Notes under the pieces: model-generated
Seen by the model: only the letters and a program-made list of their open reading frames with translations
What the model was told of the DNA's origin: nothing
The model's database searches: none
Virus record (IMG/VR): IMGVR_UViG_3300027804_002057
Length of the DNA: 64,000 nucleotides
Source of the DNA: a virus
Direction: 5' to 3' (one strand)
Shown: in pieces, positions 1-7,613 of the stretch
Layout of the letters: each line of letters opens with the position of its first letter
Numbering within the stretch: the first letter of the stretch is position 1
Translations under genes and position numbers: made by a program

Positions 1-110
1 TCCATCCACCAAGAGGATTTACCATAAGAACTATATGATTTACTTTTTTTAGATTTACCACTAGCGATGTGGTCTTTTGTACCTGTCTTAAAATCTGTGT
101 ACCAACTCAT
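1..110 (-). CDS. Hypothetical protein, N-terminal part only (runs off left edge)
   Basis: ATG at 110, open frame MSWYTDFKTGTKDHIASGKSKKSKSYSSYGKSSWWM to the window edge; 30 nt downstream of a Bacteroidota-type promoter. Confidence 0.6.
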   Translation of the reverse strand, partial: MSWYTDFKTGTKDHIASGKSKKSKSYSSYGKSSWWM

Positions 111-139
111 ATAAAGGGGTTTTAATTAACGATTGAATA

Positions 140-171
140 CAAATATACGAATAATACCCGATATAAACAAG
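140..171 (-). promoter_or_regulatory. Bacteroidota primary-sigma promoter (-33/-7)
   Basis: Minus strand CTTG-N20-TATATTTG, matching TTTG/TAnnTTTG consensus. Confidence 0.75.
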
Positions 172-190
172 CTTTTTTTAAAATATTTTT

Positions 191-267
191 TAAGGCACTG
201 AAAATCAACCAGTTATAACAGGTTGATAATCAATTAGTTATGTAAGTGGTTGAAAATTAATCAGTTA
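191..267. repeat. Three tandem 25-bp imperfect palindromes TAAnnnnnTGAnnATCAAnnAGTTA (putative operator array)
   Basis: Copies at 191-215, 216-240, 243-267; a fourth copy at 60533-60557. Confidence 0.7.
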
Positions 268-1006
268 TACGTGGGTCCGAATATCCCAATTTTTTGATTA
301 TATCTGATTCTGTAAGTATTTTACTAAGTTCTTTTGGTATATCAACTTCCCCATTCATATTTTGGAAAGGTTGATTGATTTGCCATGTTCTAATAACACC
401 CTGCCCATCATCATAGGTTGGAATTGAATTTATAGAATCATAATTTATTCCAGGTATATGTGTATAGGTTTTTGTTTTCGTTTTGAATATATCATCGGAA
501 AATTCAAGACCTAATTTAGTCATCATTTTTTTTATGATTTCACCATCATTATCAAAAAAATCTTCATATCTTATACAATACACATTTGGATAATTATTTT
601 CAACACCATCTAAAAATATTTTAGCTGCTTCTTCATATTCACCAAAACTCATATGATAATTAAATGTTGAATTAGGACCGTCTGTTGTTAGTGGATTATA
701 TCCTGCTTTAATTACAGAATTAAATACATTCCAAGGATTTCTTATAACAAATATTAAAATATAATCGCCATATTCTTTTTTAGCAGTGGTTATATATTTT
801 AATCCATTTGCTCTAATTTCAACCGGTATAACCGGTGATTTTGCCAAAACAAATTCTTTATCTCCAGATTGTAAAATATCCGTATTAGAAATACTGAAAT
901 ATTCTTTTGGCATTTCATACAAGTTTTTACATTCACCTAATTTAGCTTTTAAAATAGATGTACCGGTATGAGGAAATCCCGTAATTAAAATTTTCTTTTT
1001 ATTCAA
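257..1006 (-). CDS. Sulfotransferase family protein
   Basis: N-terminal PAPS-binding loop ITGFPHTGTS, VIRNPWNVFNS and IRYEDF motifs; TTG start. Confidence 0.75.
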   Translation of the reverse strand: MNKKKILITGFPHTGTSILKAKLGECKNLYEMPKEYFSISNTDILQSGDKEFVLAKSPVIPVEIRANGLKYITTAKKEYGDYILIFVIRNPWNVFNSVIKAGYNPLTTDGPNSTFNYHMSFGEYEEAAKIFLDGVENNYPNVYCIRYEDFFDNDGEIIKKMMTKLGLEFSDDIFKTKTKTYTHIPGINYDSINSIPTYDDGQGVIRTWQINQPFQNMNGEVDIPKELSKILTESDIIKKLGYSDPRITD

Positions 1007-1011
1007 AACAA

Positions 1012-1179
1012 TTATTTAAAATCTTCTGTATCTTCATCCCATTCATCTAAAGGAAATGATGATTCCATTTCTTCGTATAAAAATGTTAGTTCTTTTTGTG
1101 CATTCTCTACCATTTTCCAATCTTCAAATGAGATAGCATCTTCTAACATTTCAATAATGTCTTTAAGTTTGTTTTCCAT
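1012..1179 (-). CDS. Small acidic hypothetical protein
   Basis: ORF fills gap; start uncertain (1179, 1185 or 1203). Confidence 0.65.
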   Translation of the reverse strand: MENKLKDIIEMLEDAISFEDWKMVENAQKELTFLYEEMESSFPLDEWDEDTEDFK

Positions 1180-1223
1180 ATTCATAATGCTACGATTTTT
1201 CATTTAAATATAATGTTAATTAA

Positions 1224-2039
1224 TTAAACGATAAAATCATCTTTTATTGATTCTTTTTTAAACGAACCATGTGATATTGGAATAAATTCAGTTTCATCAC
1301 TCCATCTAATAGCTTCATGTGGGCTTGAAATAAATTTATTATAAATTTCATTTGGAGAATCTTTCCAAACCCTAGTAATCATCATATAGTTTTCAAAGAA
1401 TCGTATTGGTATATGCACTTTACTAAAATGAACAGATAGAAAATGTTCTGGTGGAAATGCATAATGGCCATCTTTCAAATATTCCATCATTTGTAAATAA
1501 ATAAAAGAATAATAATCCATTATTTTTGGTATTCCATATGCAAAACAATCATTAATACCATCTGAATTTGGTAATGATGGGACCATCATCCAACCCATAG
1601 GTACATTTAAATTTTTATTTTTTTCTATTTTAAACTTATCATCTAAAACAATATCGGTTCTTGCTCTTATAACAATATCGTAATCAATACCCAATTGTTT
1701 ACTTAGTATATTACATCTCCAAACTTTATAATACATTGGTAGTTGCCCAAATGCTTTAGATGCTTTTCTTAAATGTTCCAATATTAATTTTGGAGATTCA
1801 ATATGCATAGAAGCTATATCTTGGGTAGTTTCTTTGAATATTTTGTAGTTTTCTATTTCGTATTTTTTAGGTGTATATATCTTTAAAAAATTATTTAAGG
1901 TATCTCCGTTTTCTTCATTTTCAGTATCCCAAAATGAAGCATAGACATCTATATCGTATTCTTTAATTAAATCGGTCCAAAAGTTTTTTGTTTCATTAAT
2001 ATCTCTTATATTTCCAGAAAAACATAAAGCTATTTTCAT
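1224..2039 (-). CDS. Putative glycosyltransferase-like protein (KIALCFSG / YDIVIRARTD family)
   Basis: Motifs typical of an uncharacterised GT-A-like family common in viral glycan loci. Confidence 0.6.
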   Translation of the reverse strand: MKIALCFSGNIRDINETKNFWTDLIKEYDIDVYASFWDTENEENGDTLNNFLKIYTPKKYEIENYKIFKETTQDIASMHIESPKLILEHLRKASKAFGQLPMYYKVWRCNILSKQLGIDYDIVIRARTDIVLDDKFKIEKNKNLNVPMGWMMVPSLPNSDGINDCFAYGIPKIMDYYSFIYLQMMEYLKDGHYAFPPEHFLSVHFSKVHIPIRFFENYMMITRVWKDSPNEIYNKFISSPHEAIRWSDETEFIPISHGSFKKESIKDDFIV

Positions 2040-2494
2040 CGTTTACCTTCTTTATAATCTTTTATATAATCTGAACAGATTCCACCGCATTTAGAAATAT
2101 CATCTTTATTTATTTCGGGCATAACTGCTATACTTTTCTTAATTGGTTGTTTACCAGGATAAGCCCAAACATAATTAAAAGATGTTAAAGTCATAGCATC
2201 ATTTTCGTGCCAAAACCAATTGATGTTAGCTGCTTCATAATCATTCTCTACCAAATATTCAACCGCTTGCTTATTCTTACAATGAATCCATAATTTATGG
2301 CTTCGATTATCCATCCATTCAAAATCTATTTCATATTGAGGACCATCATGTCCCAACCACCATTTACCATCAATATACCAAACATCAATTTCAACATCAA
2401 ATCCTAATTGAATAGTATCATCAATATATTCTGGTTTATTTTCTGAATCTTCGATACGACCATTTATATTTCCTCTATGTGATATGTATATCAT
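2036..2494 (-). CDS. PLC-like / glycerophosphodiester phosphodiesterase-like protein
   Basis: ISHRGN, FDVEIDVW, LGHD and WIHCKN motifs. Confidence 0.75.
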   Translation of the reverse strand: MIYISHRGNINGRIEDSENKPEYIDDTIQLGFDVEIDVWYIDGKWWLGHDGPQYEIDFEWMDNRSHKLWIHCKNKQAVEYLVENDYEAANINWFWHENDAMTLTSFNYVWAYPGKQPIKKSIAVMPEINKDDISKCGGICSDYIKDYKEGKR

Positions 2495-3256
2495 TTAATC
2501 TAATTTATAAGGGTCATCACTAAATATTCTATCTATGTTAGATATACTAAAGTTTTTTTCAGGTACAAAGTTATCTTTAAATTCTATCTTAAAAAGATTT
2601 GCTTTTACTTTGTATGGTTTTAATAATTGTATATCTAAAATATTAAAATGTTTTTTCATCAATTCTCTACCATCAACTTTTTCAAAATCTTCTGATTCTT
2701 TTGCTTCTAAATATGATTTTGTTAATCTTTCTTCTGGTGCATGTGTGTGGATGTATCTTGTAAATACGCCATCAATCTTCCATTTAGAAACATTTAACCT
2801 ACCGTTATCCCAATTATATTTTGATTTTTCAAAAAGTAATTTCAAATTTTCAGTTGTACCAGCTATAATATGGTCACTCATGTGATATTCACAATATTGC
2901 CATGCTCTAAAGAAAACCGATGAACAATGTAACTTATCAGGTTCATTTATGATTGCATGGTAAATATTTTCTGGATATGACCAATATTCATCGCCTCTCA
3001 TTTTAATAACATACTTTGTTTTCACCAAATCTAATGCGTTCAAAGTTGATATTAATTGATAATTGATATTTTGGTCACCACTTTCCATCGGAAGCGGTGC
3101 CATTACTAATTTAAAATTTTTTGGAATATTTGAAAAATCAATAGAACATTCTGACCATGTTGAAATAACAACCGGGCAGTTTCTATATTTTGCTACATAA
3201 AAATCATAACAATCTTGTTCGATTCTTCCTTGAATAATAATTGTAGTATTCTCCAT
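2495..3256 (-). CDS. WavE-like polysaccharide synthesis protein
   Basis: TIIIQG, ISTW, NINYQLISTLNAL, TKYVIKMRGD, HMSDHIIAG motifs; start moved to 3256 to avoid overlap. Confidence 0.7.
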   Translation of the reverse strand: MENTTIIIQGRIEQDCYDFYVAKYRNCPVVISTWSECSIDFSNIPKNFKLVMAPLPMESGDQNINYQLISTLNALDLVKTKYVIKMRGDEYWSYPENIYHAIINEPDKLHCSSVFFRAWQYCEYHMSDHIIAGTTENLKLLFEKSKYNWDNGRLNVSKWKIDGVFTRYIHTHAPEERLTKSYLEAKESEDFEKVDGRELMKKHFNILDIQLLKPYKVKANLFKIEFKDNFVPEKNFSISNIDRIFSDDPYKLD

Positions 3257-3257
3257 A

Positions 3258-3671
3258 TTACTTTCTCCATCCAATCTTTTCTCCATTTTTTACTCTACGT
3301 TGCCATTCTTCTTCTGAACCTGGAAATCTCCAAGCCCATACTAACCAAAACAACATAAATAATCCTATTCCAATTAGAGCGAATGGTTTGTGTGAAAGTG
3401 TAAATAATAAAATAGTATAACTAATACTCATAGTTATAAGCATTATCCATTTAACCTTTGTTGGATAGATACTTTTTTCTTCCCATCTTATTAAGTGCGG
3501 TGAAAATGTTGGATGTGTGTGTAGCCAATGATTTAATGCTGGTGAGCTTTTAGCGAATGCCCAAGCTGCTAACACTACAAAAGTTGTCATCGGTATACCT
3601 GGCACAATAGCCCCGATGTAAGCACAACCTACAAAAAGTAAGCCAAGTGCTCTCCATAACCATTTATTCAT
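3258..3671 (-). CDS. ybaN: YbaN / DUF454 family inner-membrane protein
   Basis: IGAIVPGIPMTTFVVLAAWAFAKSSP..HWLHTHPTFSP signature, hydrophobic helices. Confidence 0.85.
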   Translation of the reverse strand: MNKWLWRALGLLFVGCAYIGAIVPGIPMTTFVVLAAWAFAKSSPALNHWLHTHPTFSPHLIRWEEKSIYPTKVKWIMLITMSISYTILLFTLSHKPFALIGIGLFMLFWLVWAWRFPGSEEEWQRRVKNGEKIGWRK

Positions 3672-3682
3672 AACTATATAGT

Positions 3683-3847
3683 TTAATCCCAATCTTCCGA
3701 AAAACTCTTTTTACCTCTTTGTGGTTTAGTGTCTTTCTTTTTTGGTTTATTAATTTTCTTTACTTTAACTTTATCTTTTATGTATAATTCTTCTTCATCA
3801 ATCTCATTATACACAAACTTTTTTAGATAAGCCTTTTCGTTTTTCAT
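3683..3847 (-). CDS. Small Lys-rich hypothetical protein (54 aa, absent from ORF track)
   Basis: Manual translation MKNEKAYLKKFVYNEIDEEELYIKDKVKVKKINKPKKKDTKPQRGKKSFSEDWD; fills gap between neighbours. Confidence 0.6.
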   Translation of the reverse strand: MKNEKAYLKKFVYNEIDEEELYIKDKVKVKKINKPKKKDTKPQRGKKSFSEDWD

Positions 3848-3856
3848 AACCCATTT

Positions 3857-3982
3857 TTATCTACCCTGTCCTCTATACTTCTTAGGTGCTTGCGCTTTAG
3901 GACCATATGATTTCTTACCATTAGGATTGCTCTTTCTTTTACCAAAAGATACTTTGTTTGCCGAACCTACTGATTTTGCCAT
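3857..3982 (-). CDS. Small very basic peptide ending KKYRGQGR (41 aa, absent from ORF track)
   Basis: Manual translation MAKSVGSANKVSFGKRKSNPNGKKSYGPKAQAPKKYRGQGR; A-rich context before ATG. Confidence 0.7.
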   Translation of the reverse strand: MAKSVGSANKVSFGKRKSNPNGKKSYGPKAQAPKKYRGQGR

Positions 3983-4017
3983 TTGTTGTTACATTTTGTT
4001 GTAAATTGTAACGTAAC

Positions 4018-4809
4018 CTATTTAAGATGCTTTTTAAGTGTTCTTGCTCCCAATATCCATTTCTTTCCTATTGGGTTTTCAATTGGTTTTCTTAAAAATG
4101 CATCTACTTGCTTTTGTACTGATTTAGTAACTGGTTGATATTCCGTATTATCTACTATGATAAAATTGTTGTGGAATATTCCCTGAAACTTACCCATATT
4201 CTCTTGGCATTTTCTCCAAACGTCTTTTACCAATGATTCCGGTAGGCTTCTACTTCTTTCAGCATTTCTTTTTAGTGCAACTTCCAACGAAGTGTTTACG
4301 AATACCATATAACAATCATAACCAAGCTTTTCAGCTTTGTCTTTTTTGTTTTTGATTTTAAGAACTTCATCGCCTGTTCCATCGATTATCATTCCCAATC
4401 TCCCAGCTTCGTAAAATGCTTGTTGTTTTTGTGTAACGGCTTTAGCTTTGTTACGAATTGAATCACCTTCTTCTCCGGCTATATAAGCCCAGAAGTTAGG
4501 GTCATTCTTTTCTATATCCGCTAAATCTTTTGGATTAATACCATTCTTTTTAAGAGCTTGCTCAAACGCAGTATCCGAATTTAGAATCTTTAATCCACCT
4601 GCGGAAACGGATGCTATATCACCCTTACCTACGCCAAATATTTCATTTGCTACATAGGATTTGCCACTACCCGGTCCACCAGCCAAAAAGATACATTTAA
4701 GAATACCAGGATCATCAACTCCTTCGGTGATTATCTCAGCGAATAGTTTAGTTCTGACTTCCTTAATCTCTTTTTGGATAGTAGATAGTTCGGATATAAG
4801 ATTCTTCAT
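4018..4809 (-). CDS. Zeta-toxin-like / AAA_33 P-loop kinase
   Basis: Walker A GGPGSGKS, LNSD, IIDGTG, ALKRNAERSR lid motif. Confidence 0.75.
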   Translation of the reverse strand: MKNLISELSTIQKEIKEVRTKLFAEIITEGVDDPGILKCIFLAGGPGSGKSYVANEIFGVGKGDIASVSAGGLKILNSDTAFEQALKKNGINPKDLADIEKNDPNFWAYIAGEEGDSIRNKAKAVTQKQQAFYEAGRLGMIIDGTGDEVLKIKNKKDKAEKLGYDCYMVFVNTSLEVALKRNAERSRSLPESLVKDVWRKCQENMGKFQGIFHNNFIIVDNTEYQPVTKSVQKQVDAFLRKPIENPIGKKWILGARTLKKHLK

Positions 4810-4812
4810 TGA

Positions 4813-5055
4813 TTACTTAGTCTTCTTAGCTGCTGGCTTCTTCTTTTCAACAACAACAGTTTTAGCAACTTTCTTAGCTTTATCAGCTACTTTCTTTACT
4901 TTAACTGCAACTTCCTTTACTTCTTCGATTTTTTCTTCGATAACGTCAGGAATGTTATTGTTGTTCTTATCTTCAATCTTGCCAGATTTCATACCAAAGT
5001 ATGCAAATACTCCGCCGATTGCAAGAACAGCCAAAATAATTAAAAATGTTCCCAT
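4813..5055 (-). CDS. Small membrane-anchored Lys-rich protein
   Basis: N-terminal TM helix, DKNNNNIPD motif, basic tail. Confidence 0.7.
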   Translation of the reverse strand: MGTFLIILAVLAIGGVFAYFGMKSGKIEDKNNNNIPDVIEEKIEEVKEVAVKVKKVADKAKKVAKTVVVEKKKPAAKKTK

Positions 5056-5078
5056 GATTTTAGTTTTTAAGGTTTATG

Positions 5079-5087
5079 TATAAATAT
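5079..5087 (-). promoter_or_regulatory. Putative phage late promoter (ATATTTATA)
   Basis: Recurrent motif shortly upstream of unit-leading genes; see finding. Confidence 0.45.
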
Positions 5088-5108
5088 ATAGTTTTTCAGT
5101 AAACAAAC

Positions 5109-5366
5109 TTAATCCTCATCATATAAAGAGTACCTTTTTACAGGTTTTTCAACCTTTACTTCTTCTTTATAGATTACTTCCACAGTCCCTTTACGAGCCG
5201 ATAGAAAGAATTCTGTTTGTCCAGTCTTTTGGAAATGATATTCCAAACCATCAGTTAGTGATTCCAAAATAGTAGAAGGAGAGTCTACCGGCTGCCATCT
5301 ATCACCCGGTGGAACTCTTTTAAGAACTACCTCTTTGGTTTCTTCTATTTTAGTTTCAAATGCCAT
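5109..5366 (-). CDS. Hypothetical protein
   Basis: ORF with TAATG coupling to upstream gene. Confidence 0.7.
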   Translation of the reverse strand: MAFETKIEETKEVVLKRVPPGDRWQPVDSPSTILESLTDGLEYHFQKTGQTEFFLSARKGTVEVIYKEEVKVEKPVKRYSLYDED

Positions 5367-5587
5367 TATGCGATAACTTGTAAGATTTTAGATTCTCTTG
5401 CAGCTGATACCTCATACTCTAAGCTTATACCTGCTGATTCGAATTCTTTAACTACTCTAGCTTCTGCTTCCGTAACGGTCATAGCATCTACTAAATACGA
5501 TTCTCTTACTTTTTTAATTTTTGTACCACCTTTACCGCCATCAACTTCGTGTTGAACGGTCACTGTAACTTCAAAATACTTTGCCAT
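5366..5587 (-). CDS. DUF4494 family protein
   Basis: KKVRESYLVDAMTVTEAEAR signature of this Bacteroidota family. Confidence 0.8.
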   Translation of the reverse strand: MAKYFEVTVTVQHEVDGGKGGTKIKKVRESYLVDAMTVTEAEARVVKEFESAGISLEYEVSAARESKILQVIA

Positions 5588-5613
5588 AATTTATTGTTTT
5601 TATTGTTTAATTA

Positions 5614-5645
5614 CAAATATACGAAATTTTTACGAATCTACCAAA
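5614..5645 (-). promoter_or_regulatory. Bacteroidota primary-sigma promoter (-33/-7)
   Basis: TTTG-N20-TATATTTG, 26 nt upstream of the DUF4494 ATG. Confidence 0.8.
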
Positions 5646-6209
5646 TTAATATTCATATTCTTTTCTAGGACCGGTAAGGTTTCCATTTATTAGGAAAGAA
5701 CAGTTAAAACATAGCATACGGAGATTATCGTATGAATGATTTTTACGATTTGCATCTATAAAATCCAAAACTAATGGAACTCTATGGTCTGTTACCCTTC
5801 TTTCTTCAAATCCACAATTTGAACACTTTTCTTCTACATATCCACTAAGAAGTAATCTCTTTTTTAATTTCCAAACTGGGTAATTGGGGTACTTACCTGC
5901 TAAAATATCATCAAGCGCATGATACCCATGTGTGGTTGTTGCTCCCTTACGAATTCCAATACCAGAAGGATTTTTTAATTCTTCAAAAATACCATATTCT
6001 CTAGCATATTTTTTGTATGTATTATATGATACTCCCAATAATTTAGCTGCTTCAGCTGCTGAACGTGCTTTCTTTTGAATATCCTTTATTTCAGATTCCA
6101 ATAAAGGTCTTGCTCCTAATCCTCTTTTAGTTCTCCTTTGTGGTGCTAATGATAGATTCTTTGTTGGGTCAAAGTTGGAAAACTCTTTAAATTCTTTTTC
6201 TTCTTCCAT
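5646..6209 (-). CDS. HTH plus degenerate HNH zinc-finger protein
   Basis: SAAEAAKLLGVSYNTYKKY HTH; CSNC...LVLDFIDANRKN..DNLRMLCFNCS with both His positions substituted. Confidence 0.7.
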   Translation of the reverse strand: MEEEKEFKEFSNFDPTKNLSLAPQRRTKRGLGARPLLESEIKDIQKKARSAAEAAKLLGVSYNTYKKYAREYGIFEELKNPSGIGIRKGATTTHGYHALDDILAGKYPNYPVWKLKKRLLLSGYVEEKCSNCGFEERRVTDHRVPLVLDFIDANRKNHSYDNLRMLCFNCSFLINGNLTGPRKEYEY

Positions 6210-6251
6210 AACTATTTTGATAGACTATTTATATTTCTTTATATAAGTATA

Positions 6252-6467
6252 TCAATTTTCTTTTTTAAGGCCGAATTTTATCCACTTATACCAAATTCTT
6301 TCATGTATGTAGTATTGAATAGGCTTGTAAACGAGTTCTGCTACCCCAAATGCGGCACCTACTTTAATTGAACCACTTACCCACCACATTATACAAAACC
6401 CGATTAAAGTGGATATAATACGATATGAAATGGTCTTAGCTATGTGTCTCTTGCGTTGTACTATCAT
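6252..6467 (-). CDS. DUF2061 family membrane protein
   Basis: RHIAKTISYRIIST ... YYIHERIW signature. Confidence 0.8.
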   Translation of the reverse strand: MIVQRKRHIAKTISYRIISTLIGFCIMWWVSGSIKVGAAFGVAELVYKPIQYYIHERIWYKWIKFGLKKEN

Positions 6468-6843
6468 TACTATTTATATTGTAAGCAATTATATCTCCAT
6501 TTGAATCAATGTATCCTTTTCTAATACCAGTTCCACTTATAGCTTCTATTTCAGTTGGTGGTTGGTGATATATCACATCATACCCAACACCTCTACCATA
6601 GTTTACACTTTCAATATCTGGAATGATTGATAAAAGAATTTTGTCTGAATTATCTATAAAGAAAGGTTCTTTTGATAAGTCCAATAATACTTGATGTGCT
6701 GTTTTTGGATTTTGTTCATCTTGCTGAACATCTCTAATTGCTACCCAACAATTTTTTCCTTTTTCTAATTGTTGATTAATTAACCATTCATGTCCTTTGT
6801 GCCATGTTTGCCATCTTCCAATGAACATTGCGTACTTTTTCAT
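6436..6843 (-). CDS. HIGH-superfamily nucleotidyltransferase (cytidyltransferase-like)
   Basis: FIGRWQTWHKGH (HxGH) and ISGTGIR motifs. Confidence 0.8.
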   Translation of the reverse strand: MKKYAMFIGRWQTWHKGHEWLINQQLEKGKNCWVAIRDVQQDEQNPKTAHQVLLDLSKEPFFIDNSDKILLSIIPDIESVNYGRGVGYDVIYHQPPTEIEAISGTGIRKGYIDSNGDIIAYNINSNDSTTQETHS

Positions 6844-6850
6844 AATGTAT

Positions 6851-7123
6851 TTATTTTATTTGATTATATCTTTCTTTATTTTGTTTATTTGACCATTCCA
6901 TTTCAACCGCTGTCCATTTACCTTTTGGACAAGCTCCTATTTTTGGTGAATATACTTTTGCTTTTAATGCACATCCACATTCTCCACAATGAATAATAGG
7001 TGATGTTCTTTTTGAATCACAACTATCACATATTTCCATTCTTTTTCCAGCTAATTCGGATTGTGCATCATTTGGATTAAATGCAATCCCCCACGCTTTA
7101 AATATTTCTACTACTTTATTCAT
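6851..7123 (-). CDS. Small six-cysteine domain protein (DUF6171-like)
   Basis: RMEICDSC...CGECGCALKAK...CPKGKW. Confidence 0.7.
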   Translation of the reverse strand: MNKVVEIFKAWGIAFNPNDAQSELAGKRMEICDSCDSKRTSPIIHCGECGCALKAKVYSPKIGACPKGKWTAVEMEWSNKQNKERYNQIK

Positions 7124-7590
7124 ATTTTATCATTTTCTCTTAAAAAATGAACCAACTTTGTAAATGATTGAACTGGATTGTCCGATGTTGTATCCATATC
7201 AAAGAAATTTATTTCTGGAATCTCATATCCCTCTACTTTAAATTGCTCTCTTTGTCTTTTACGATTTGTATGAACATATATTTCAACAATATTACCGCCA
7301 CATTCAGTTTTAAATTCTTCTCTTAATTCTCTATATGGTGATACTAAAGATACAACCACATCACATCCTTTTGCGTTTAAGAAAAAAGAAAGTAATTGTG
7401 CGTTTTTTATATTTTGAATCCTACCTGCTTCTGAATAATCTTTGTTGAGTGTGAGTTCTCTCAAATCATCCCCGTCAATATGAAATACATCCTTTCTCCA
7501 ATTTCTTTTTTCCGTTTGGAGAAGGTCTTTAAGTTTTGTAGCTTGAATAGTTTTACCTGCTCCAGGTTGGCCAGTGAACCAATATATCAT
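7120..7590 (-). CDS. cysC: Adenylylsulfate (APS) kinase
   Basis: WFTGQPGAGKT, IDGDDLR, DYSEAGRIQN, VSLVSPYRELR motifs. Confidence 0.88.
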   Translation of the reverse strand: MIYWFTGQPGAGKTIQATKLKDLLQTEKRNWRKDVFHIDGDDLRELTLNKDYSEAGRIQNIKNAQLLSFFLNAKGCDVVVSLVSPYRELREEFKTECGGNIVEIYVHTNRKRQREQFKVEGYEIPEINFFDMDTTSDNPVQSFTKLVHFLRENDKI

Positions 7591-7613
7591 AACTTTTCTA
7601 TTTTAAATAAGTA

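Noticed and set aside
191-267. Possible mini CRISPR array
   Set aside because: Units are adjacent with 0-2 nt gaps, no spacers and degenerate; the 49615 nuclease is a stand-alone phage PD-(D/E)XK enzyme without cas context
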